The notes beneath the pieces were generated by a model, which was given only the letters and a program-made list of their open reading frames with translations, was not told the origin of the DNA and searched no databases. Below are positions 56,721-64,000 of a DNA stretch of 64,000 nucleotides, in pieces (position 1 is the first letter of the stretch; the number at the start of each line of letters is the position of its first letter). Made by a program: the position numbers and the translations under genes. The DNA comes from Candidatus Cloacimonadales bacterium (GTDB lineage: Bacteria > Cloacimonadota > Cloacimonadia > Cloacimonadales > JAFGVF01), in NCBI GenBank assembly GCA_963662585.1, contig OY759729.1, positions 3,104,001 through 3,168,000 on the forward strand. Direction: 5' to 3'.

Positions 56721-59546
56721 ATGAAAGATAAAATTATTATTAAAGGTGCTTGTGAGCACAACTTAAAGTGTATAGATTTAGAGATAAAAAGAGACCAGTT
56801 AGTTGTTGTAACAGGGGTTTCAGGTTCAGGAAAATCATCTTTAGCTTTTGATACTCTCTATGCTGAAGGACAAAGAAGATATGTAGAATCATTATCTTCT
56901 TATGCAAGACAATTCTTAGGTCAGATGGAAAAACCAAAATTAGACTATATTGAAGGCTTAAGTCCAGCCATTTCAATCGAACAAAAGTCTGCCAGTAAAA
57001 ATCCCCGCTCAACAGTAGGCACAGTTACAGAAATTTATGATTATCTTAGAGTTCTTTATGCCAGAATTGGCAAGCAACACTGTCCTCAATGTGGCGATTT
57101 AGTAAGCTCTCTTACCATTGACCAAATTGTCGATCACATTATGGCAAATCCTGAACAGACAAAACTACAGATCTTAGCTCCTCTTGTTCATAATCGAAAA
57201 GGTAGTCACTCTTCCGAATTGGAAATGATCAAATCAGAAGGATTTACCAGAGTAAAGATTAATGGTGTTGTTCGTGAATTAGAAGAAGAGATAGTTCTTG
57301 ATAAAAAGAGTAAGCATACTATAGATGTTGTTGTTGATAGAATAGTTATCAAAGAAGAAGCTCGTAGTAGAATCACTGATTCTGTGGAGACGGCTCTGAA
57401 ACTATCTGAAGGAAAAGTAAAGATAGATTATGTAACTGAAGAGAGAGAAGAGATTCTTTCTGAATCAAATGCTTGTGCTCGTTGTGGAATAGGTTTTGAA
57501 GAGTTATCACCTCAAAGTTTCTCTTTTAATAGTCCAATTGGGGCTTGTCCTACTTGTAAAGGACTTGGTTATACTCTTGAAATAGACCCCGAATTAATAG
57601 TTACTAATCCTGAATTATCAATTTATCATGGCGCTATTGCCCCTTATGGCGATTTGTCCAAAAGTAAATCTCATACTAAAAATACAATTGTACAATTAGC
57701 TAAAGAATTTGAATTTAATCTCAAAACACCCTGGAAAGACTTACCTAAAAAGGTTCAAGATTTGGTTCTTTATGGTTCTAAGGGAAAGAAATTTAAGATT
57801 GAGTGGAAAACTAAAAGTTCTTCAGGTGAATATGAAACATCTTTTGAAGGAATCATTAAAGTCTTAGAAAGAAGAATGAGAGAGACAACTTCCGAAGCAG
57901 CTAAAAGATATTATTCACAATATATTAGCAATAAACCCTGCCCAACTTGTGGTGGATATAAACTCAAACCTGCTAGCTTATCTGTCTTAGTTGAAGAATT
58001 GAAGATTGTCGAAGTTACCGAAATGAGTGTTGAAGATGCATATAAATTCTTTGAAAACTTAAAGTTAACAGGAAATGATAAAATTATTGCTGAAGAAGTC
58101 TTAAAAGAGATTATCAATAGATTAAGTTTTTTAATGAGTGTAGGACTCCATTATCTGACTCTAGACAGAAGAGCTCCAACCCTCTCAGGTGGTGAATCAC
58201 AGAGAATTAGACTAGCAAGTCAGATTGGCTCGCAGCTAGTTGGAGTTATGTATATTCTTGATGAACCAAGCATTGGTCTGCATCAAAGAGATAATGATAG
58301 ACTTATTGAGATGCTTAAACACTTGCGGGATTTAGGAAACACAGTCATAGTTGTTGAACATGATGAAGATACCATTAGAGAAGCCGATGAGATTATTGAC
58401 TTTGGTCCCAAAGCTGGTGTTTATGGGGGTGAAGTTGTTGCTCAAGGTAGTCTTGAAGATATCTTAAAATCTCCTAATTCTCTCACTGCTAAATATTTAC
58501 GCGGAGAACTCAAGATAGAAGTCCCTAGTAAGAGATTAAAAATAGATAAACAAGTTATCCAAATAAAGAATGCATCTCATAATAATCTAAAAAATATTGA
58601 TGTTGATATTCCCTTAGGAATGTTGGTTTGTGTTACTGGAGTTTCTGGTTCTGGAAAATCTTCCTTAATTAATCAAACTCTCTCTCCTTATCTTCATAAC
58701 CACTTTTTTAAGTCCAAAACTCCTTGGGGAAAAGTGGAGTCAATAACTGGATTAGACAATATTGATAAAATTATTACTATTGACCAACAACCTATAGGAA
58801 GAACCCCTCGCTCAAATCCAATTACCTATATTAAGGGTTTTGACGCTATAAGAAAATTATATTCCGAACTTCCTACTTCTAAACTCCGAGGCTATAGTCA
58901 GGGTAGATTCTCTTTTAATGTTAAAGGGGGAAGGTGTGAAAATTGTGGTGGAGCTGGCGTTAACTTAATAGAAATGCACTTTATGGCAGATATTTATGTT
59001 ACTTGCGAAGTCTGTAAAGGTAAAAGATTCAATAGTGAAACCTTACAGATTAAATATAAAGGGAAAAACATTTCTCAAGTATTGGATATGGATGTTCAAG
59101 AAGCCTATGAATTCTTTGAAAAGGTTCCTTCTATTGCTAATAAATTAAAGACACTTTTAGATGTTGGAATGGATTATATCAAACTAGGACAGCCCTCAAC
59201 TACTCTTTCTGGTGGAGAAGCCCAGAGAATTAAACTTGCCAAAGAACTCAGTAAACGATCAACAGGCAAGACTCTTTATCTCTTAGATGAACCTACTACA
59301 GGATTGCACTTTGATGATGTTCAAAAACTCTTAAAAGTGCTCAAAAAACTTGTTGCTATGGGTAATTCAGTTGTTATTATAGAACACAATATGGATGTTA
59401 TTAAAACAGCAGACTTTGTTATTGATGTTGGACCAGAAGGTGGAGAAAATGGAGGTAAAATTATTGCCATGGGAACTCCTGAAGAAGTTGCAGAAGTAGC
59501 TGAATCTTATACTGGTAAATACTTAAAACCTTATTTAAATAAATAG
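56721..59546 (+). CDS. uvrA: Excinuclease ABC subunit A
   Basis: Two GVSGSGKS Walker A motifs, two LSGGE signatures and Zn-finger CxxC pairs. Confidence 0.98.
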   Translation: MKDKIIIKGACEHNLKCIDLEIKRDQLVVVTGVSGSGKSSLAFDTLYAEGQRRYVESLSSYARQFLGQMEKPKLDYIEGLSPAISIEQKSASKNPRSTVGTVTEIYDYLRVLYARIGKQHCPQCGDLVSSLTIDQIVDHIMANPEQTKLQILAPLVHNRKGSHSSELEMIKSEGFTRVKINGVVRELEEEIVLDKKSKHTIDVVVDRIVIKEEARSRITDSVETALKLSEGKVKIDYVTEEREEILSESNACARCGIGFEELSPQSFSFNSPIGACPTCKGLGYTLEIDPELIVTNPELSIYHGAIAPYGDLSKSKSHTKNTIVQLAKEFEFNLKTPWKDLPKKVQDLVLYGSKGKKFKIEWKTKSSSGEYETSFEGIIKVLERRMRETTSEAAKRYYSQYISNKPCPTCGGYKLKPASLSVLVEELKIVEVTEMSVEDAYKFFENLKLTGNDKIIAEEVLKEIINRLSFLMSVGLHYLTLDRRAPTLSGGESQRIRLASQIGSQLVGVMYILDEPSIGLHQRDNDRLIEMLKHLRDLGNTVIVVEHDEDTIREADEIIDFGPKAGVYGGEVVAQGSLEDILKSPNSLTAKYLRGELKIEVPSKRLKIDKQVIQIKNASHNNLKNIDVDIPLGMLVCVTGVSGSGKSSLINQTLSPYLHNHFFKSKTPWGKVESITGLDNIDKIITIDQQPIGRTPRSNPITYIKGFDAIRKLYSELPTSKLRGYSQGRFSFNVKGGRCENCGGAGVNLIEMHFMADIYVTCEVCKGKRFNSETLQIKYKGKNISQVLDMDVQEAYEFFEKVPSIANKLKTLLDVGMDYIKLGQPSTTLSGGEAQRIKLAKELSKRSTGKTLYLLDEPTTGLHFDDVQKLLKVLKKLVAMGNSVVIIEHNMDVIKTADFVIDVGPEGGENGGKIIAMGTPEEVAEVAESYTGKYLKPYLNK

Positions 59547-59597
59547 AAGGCAGGGATTTGCAGCTTTCTCTTTAACTTCACACCCCTTGCATTTTCC

Positions 59598-59661
59598 CTG
59601 CTCTTTCTCACTCTTCACAAATGATTATTGAAATTTGTTTGAGTTCAGTGAGAAAGAGCAG
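59598..59661. repeat. Long hairpin between convergent uvrA and MATE (member of a dispersed family)
   Basis: Perfect 15-bp arms CTGCTCTTTCTCACT / AGTGAGAAAGAGCAG. Confidence 0.7.
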
Positions 59662-59754
59662 ATAAAGATAATATAGCCAGGAAGGAATAAAGAATTGGCA
59701 GAGCTCTTATGTAGATTATTCGCAGTCCCTCTTACTCCTAATAATATTTAGCTT

Positions 59755-61113
59755 TTAACTATTAACTTGTATTTTTGTATCTTTCCATTTCTTAAATTCC
59801 CTTATCAGAAAAAATAAAGTTACTCCGAAAGCAAGGAAATCAGACATAGGGAAGGTAACAAGAACTCCGAAGAAATCATAGAAATGGCTCATAAAATAAA
59901 ATATAGGAATAAAGAATAATATTTGTCTTGAGAGAGATAAAATAAGTGCTTCTGTAGCATGGCCGAGAGCTTGGAATATCGTTGAACCTATTATTTGGAA
60001 GCCTAAAATAGGGAAGAGAATGGTCATTCTTCGAATAGCATAGACACCAACTTCAATAACATGAGCATCTGAAGTGAACCAACTCATCAGGAATGAAGGG
60101 AAGATTTGAATTATTAGGAAAGCAATAATTGAAATAGAACTAGCCCAAGTAAAGGCTAACCGAATAGCTTTTTTAGCCAGATCTAAACGATGAGCTCCAT
60201 AATTATATCCCAGAACAGGCTGTAATCCTTGTCCGATACCAAACATAGGCATGAAGAAGAGGGAGAATAATCTGTTAATGATGCCATAAACTGCTATATA
60301 AACTCCTGTTGGATCAAAATAACCGAGCTTATTATTAATAATTACTACAATAAAACTTCCAGCTACTTGACGAGAGAAAGCTGCTAATCCAACTGCAAAC
60401 ATCTCTTTCTGAATTTTAAAGTTTGGTCTTATATAATGTAGCTTGATTCTAAAGTAACTTTTTCCCTTAGTGAAGTGATAAATGAGATAGAATACTACTA
60501 AGCCTTGAGCTATAATAGTTGCCAAAGCTGCACCCTGAATTCCCATTTTGAAAGCAAAGATAAAAATAGGGTCTAAGATTATATTTAAGACAGCCGAGAT
60601 AATCATATTCGACATAGCAATTTTGGCATGTCCTTCAGCTCGTAAGACATTATTACTCATCATGGCAAACATAAATAGGCCTGCTCCAAAAACAATAATC
60701 CTATAATAGCTTAAGGAATAAGGTAAAATTGCTTCAGTAGCCCCAAAAAGAGTAAGAATCTCCCTAGGAAAAAGAAGTCCAGGAATCATCACAAGTATTG
60801 TGAAGAGAATCACCGAAAATATTTGATTTCCGAAAGTACGGTTAGCTTTTTCAAAATCTTTGGCACCGAAAGCTCGGGAAATAATTGAGGCTCCACCCAT
60901 TCCAAACATTTGCCCGAATCCCATAACAATAAGTTGAATAGGGAAGACAATAGACAATCCTGCAATGCCATTTGGTCCGACCCCATGACCGATAAACATT
61001 GTGTCTACAATATTGTAGAGTGCCATTACTAACATTCCTATAGTTGCAGGAAATGTTAATTTTAATAACAATCGTGAGATGTTTTTATCTGCTAGTTTGT
61101 GTTCTTTTTCCAC
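59755..61113 (-). CDS. MATE family efflux transporter (MepA-like)
   Basis: LYNIVDTMFIG, NIILDPIFIF..MGIQGAALAT and GLQPVLGYNYGA motifs. Confidence 0.92.
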   Translation of the reverse strand: MEKEHKLADKNISRLLLKLTFPATIGMLVMALYNIVDTMFIGHGVGPNGIAGLSIVFPIQLIVMGFGQMFGMGGASIISRAFGAKDFEKANRTFGNQIFSVILFTILVMIPGLLFPREILTLFGATEAILPYSLSYYRIIVFGAGLFMFAMMSNNVLRAEGHAKIAMSNMIISAVLNIILDPIFIFAFKMGIQGAALATIIAQGLVVFYLIYHFTKGKSYFRIKLHYIRPNFKIQKEMFAVGLAAFSRQVAGSFIVVIINNKLGYFDPTGVYIAVYGIINRLFSLFFMPMFGIGQGLQPVLGYNYGAHRLDLAKKAIRLAFTWASSISIIAFLIIQIFPSFLMSWFTSDAHVIEVGVYAIRRMTILFPILGFQIIGSTIFQALGHATEALILSLSRQILFFIPIFYFMSHFYDFFGVLVTFPMSDFLAFGVTLFFLIREFKKWKDTKIQVNS

Positions 61114-61334
61114 TTGTTCCCCTATTAATAATAATCAATAGAGCATTTTTTTAAGAAAGGGGTTAATTTGACAAGTAATATTATAAGAGGAAAAAAATAA
61201 TTAATCATTCTTGACAGTTAAGCGACTTAAAGAAAAGTGGTAATGATTTGTACAATTGAGTAAAAAATACAATTGCGTATGTGATTAAATAATAGCCTAG
61301 TACAAAAATTCAATAAAAAGATTAAAGGGAGACT

Positions 61335-63029
61335 ATGATCTACTTTAAAGAGATGGCACTGAACAGAGAGCTTCAGTCAGCCTTGGAGACGATTAATTTT
61401 GTCAGTCCTACTCCAATTCAGGAGAAAACTATTCCATATATATTGGAAAACAGTCAGGATTTAATTGCGTTAGCTCAGACTGGAACAGGAAAAACCGCTG
61501 CTTTTGGACTACCATTATTAAATATGTTAGATACAACATCAAAATCAGTTCAAGCATTTATATTATGCCCTACCAGAGAGCTTTGTTTACAGATTTCGAG
61601 AGATTTGATGAGTTTTGCTTCAAATATGAGCGGAGTCAATATTGTTGCCGTATATGGTGGTGCGAGTATTTCAAATCAGTTAAGAGATTTGAGAAAGGGA
61701 GCCAATATTGTGGTTGGAACACCTGGTCGTGTAAACGACTTTGTGAAACGCGGAAACTTAAATGTTTCAAATGTTAAATGGTTAGTATTAGATGAAGCTG
61801 ATGAAATGCTTAATATGGGATTCAAAGAAGAATTAGATTCAATTCTTGCAAATACTCCTAATGAAAAGCAAACCCTACTTTTCTCTGCTACTATGCCTAG
61901 AGAAATCCAGCAGATTTCTAAAAACTACATGCATGAACCATATGAAATTTCAGTAGGTTCAAAAAATAGTGGAGCTGAAACAGTCTCTCATCATGTCTAT
62001 ACTGTTAGAGCAAGAGATAAATATCTTGCTTTAAAAAGAGTAGCTGATATGAATCCTAATATCTATGGAATAGTTTTCTGTAGAACTAAGAAAGAGACTC
62101 AAGAAATCGCTGAAAAGCTTCAGTTTGATGGTTATAATGCTGATTCTCTGCACGGAGATTTATCTCAAGGTGTAAGAGAGAGTGTGATGAGTAAGTTTAG
62201 AAATAAACATATTCAGATGTTAGTTGCTACTGATGTTGCTGCTCGTGGTATCGATATTGATGACTTAACTCATGTTATCAACTATGGTTTACCTGATGAA
62301 GATGATGTTTATATCCACAGAAGTGGAAGAACCGGAAGAGCTGGAAAAACAGGAATCTGTATCAGTATCGTGCATAGCAAAGATGGTAGAAAACTTAAAT
62401 TTATTGAAAGAAGGTTAGGACAACCTTTAGAATATAAAGAGCTTCCTTCTGGTCGCGAAATATGTCAAAGACAGCTTTTTAATCTAATTGATAATGTTGA
62501 AAAAGTAGAAGTTAATGATGAGGAAATCGATCCATTCATGGATGTTATTTTCAAGAAGTTAGCTTGGTTAGAAAGAGAAGATTTAATCAAACATTTCGTG
62601 GCTGTAGAATTCAACAAATTCTTAGAATATTATAAAGATGCTAGTGATATTAACTATCATAGGGATCATGATGATTTTGATTCTCACTTAGGTGGTAGAA
62701 GAGGTGGCAGAGAATTCTCATCTCGTGAAAGAGGTGACAGAGGCGATAGAGGAGAAAGAGGCGGAAGAGGTAGAAGTAGGAGAGCTGAACAGGGATTCAC
62801 AAGATTCTTTATGAATATTGGTGGAGCTCAAGATTTAACTCCTCCAAAACTTATCGGAATCCTTAACGACTTAAAAATTGCTTCTCGTCTTAACATTGGT
62901 AAAATTGACATTAAAGAGGGATTTTCTTTCTTTGAAGTTGAATCTGTGCACGAACAAGCTTTGTTGCAGAAATTTACTAAAGGTGTTAAATACGGAAGAA
63001 GTAATGTTCGTATAGAAATAGCTAAATAA
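61335..63029 (+). CDS. DEAD-box RNA helicase with a C-terminal DbpA-type RNA-binding domain
   Basis: PTPIQ, AQTGTGKT, PTREL, DEAD, SAT, ARGID and HRSGRTGR motifs, with an RG-rich linker. Confidence 0.95.
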   Translation: MIYFKEMALNRELQSALETINFVSPTPIQEKTIPYILENSQDLIALAQTGTGKTAAFGLPLLNMLDTTSKSVQAFILCPTRELCLQISRDLMSFASNMSGVNIVAVYGGASISNQLRDLRKGANIVVGTPGRVNDFVKRGNLNVSNVKWLVLDEADEMLNMGFKEELDSILANTPNEKQTLLFSATMPREIQQISKNYMHEPYEISVGSKNSGAETVSHHVYTVRARDKYLALKRVADMNPNIYGIVFCRTKKETQEIAEKLQFDGYNADSLHGDLSQGVRESVMSKFRNKHIQMLVATDVAARGIDIDDLTHVINYGLPDEDDVYIHRSGRTGRAGKTGICISIVHSKDGRKLKFIERRLGQPLEYKELPSGREICQRQLFNLIDNVEKVEVNDEEIDPFMDVIFKKLAWLEREDLIKHFVAVEFNKFLEYYKDASDINYHRDHDDFDSHLGGRRGGREFSSRERGDRGDRGERGGRGRSRRAEQGFTRFFMNIGGAQDLTPPKLIGILNDLKIASRLNIGKIDIKEGFSFFEVESVHEQALLQKFTKGVKYGRSNVRIEIAK

Positions 63030-64000
63030 TTAATTAATTTTCAAGACTTTTGAAGTGAAATTACCTTCTGAAGTGTGAATTTTGATGAAATAAATACCAT
63101 TAGGGATTGAAGGATTAGGTTGCCAAACCAGTTCTTTAGTCCCTTCTTTTAATTCTGAGCTTAGATCTGAAACTAGCTGTCCCCTCAAATTATATACTTT
63201 ACCCCAAGTAATCAATCCTTTAGTAGAAGAGAGTGTAATTTGCTTTTGAAAGGGATTAGGGTAGCTAGAGACTTGGCTAAGGACTTCAATATCATTCTGC
63301 TCATTAGTTACAGACTCATAGGCATCTATATAAAAAACTCCACTATTTGTAGTAGCAAAAATTGTTGATTGATCTAGTAATGTATTATTGATTAGTCTAT
63401 TAACGAGCTTATCTTCTAAACCACTGCTTAAATCAGCAAAGCTACCATTATGGTAAGTGCTTATCCTTTGCCAATCTTCGGGGATTACTGTGGGAATATG
63501 AGATAGAAAAACTACCCCATAAGAATCTACTGCAATATCACTATAATTAGGATAGTTATTTATCTGTTGCCAGTTTATTCCCATATCAGAACTATACCAA
63601 AATCCTTGATTATCTCCATTGTTAATTATCCCATAAAGATTCCCATCATTGCTATTATATTCACTTTTCTTAAATGGTAGAGGAGAAGCTTTTCTCCATC
63701 CTTTCTTAGAATAGAAATATAGAATTGCAGGAGTGTTTCCATATTCTTCGCTGACAGTAAAATAGCCATTGTTATCATAACGCCAAGCAACAGCTTCACC
63801 TTGGGGTTCCATTATATAAGGTACTTCAATATAAGGCTGAGATAAAGCTTGGGCTATGGACATATTTTTTCTTTCCCACATATACATATTCTGGTAATTC
63901 TTAATTAAAATGAAGTTTCCATCAGGGGAAATATCTCCACCAGTAGCTCCTTGATTAACTAATTCATCGATTGGGATTTCGACTGTTCCAACATAAGTTG
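63030..64000 (-). CDS. Secreted beta-propeller protein with a T9SS C-terminal domain (partial, starts beyond the window)
   Basis: The frame stays open upstream of the track's ATG 63887 to the window end (..GATGGDISPDGNFILIKNY..). It has EPQGEAVAW, WYSSDMG and SYPNPF...GIYFI. Confidence 0.8.
   Translation of the reverse strand, partial: TYVGTVEIPIDELVNQGATGGDISPDGNFILIKNYQNMYMWERKNMSIAQALSQPYIEVPYIMEPQGEAVAWRYDNNGYFTVSEEYGNTPAILYFYSKKGWRKASPLPFKKSEYNSNDGNLYGIINNGDNQGFWYSSDMGINWQQINNYPNYSDIAVDSYGVVFLSHIPTVIPEDWQRISTYHNGSFADLSSGLEDKLVNRLINNTLLDQSTIFATTNSGVFYIDAYESVTNEQNDIEVLSQVSSYPNPFQKQITLSSTKGLITWGKVYNLRGQLVSDLSSELKEGTKELVWQPNPSIPNGIYFIKIHTSEGNFTSKVLKIN

Noticed and set aside
3036..61240. Individual sigma-70 promoters at the many upstream TTGACA/TTGACT hexamers
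   Set aside because: The -35-like boxes are evident, but matching -10 boxes at consistent spacing could not be assigned, so they are not annotated.
1560..61777. Numerous 60-130 aa ORFs antisense or out of frame within longer genes (e.g. 1839, 4788, 21538, 28005, 51451, 56740, 61565)
   Set aside because: They are nested in well-supported genes and have no SD or family motifs.

Overview
AT-rich bacterial chromosomal segment. The secreted proteins with C-terminal 'NxPNPFNPxTxI..IYNxKGQ..W.G....SG.YF' (T9SS/FlgD-type) sorting domains and the overall gene content suggest an FCB-superphylum anaerobe, most likely Cloacimonadota (inference). Content: two TldD/TldE(PmbA) pairs; a DUF1576 membrane protein with a small partner; an ADP-ribosylglycohydrolase; a SAM methyltransferase split by a complete 1653-bp IS4-superfamily element (15-bp IR, 6-bp TSD); diaminopropionate ammonia-lyase; a thioredoxin-ApbE/DUF4266/DUF3570 flavinylation cluster; a 7-tRNA cluster; an nqrBCDEF-like operon without nqrA, followed by an unknown gene and a class II photolyase; potDABC; an IS200-like/REP-associated Y1 transposase with 76-bp inverted repeats and decayed relatives elsewhere; DUF2007-PyrE and PdxA-methyltransferase fusions; rnhB; an ECF-like sigma factor beside T9SS cargo genes; mgtE; a T9SS-tagged cutinase/PETase-like hydrolase between duplicated mgtE 5' ends; rsmA, uvrA, MATE and a DEAD-box helicase. 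No CRISPR array, rRNA or prophage was seen. The best candidates for something undescribed are the NqrA-less Nqr-like module with its unknown partner gene, the secreted polyesterase-like enzyme, the two enzyme fusions and the dispersed hairpin-repeat families. All family calls are from motif recognition by eye; no searches were run.
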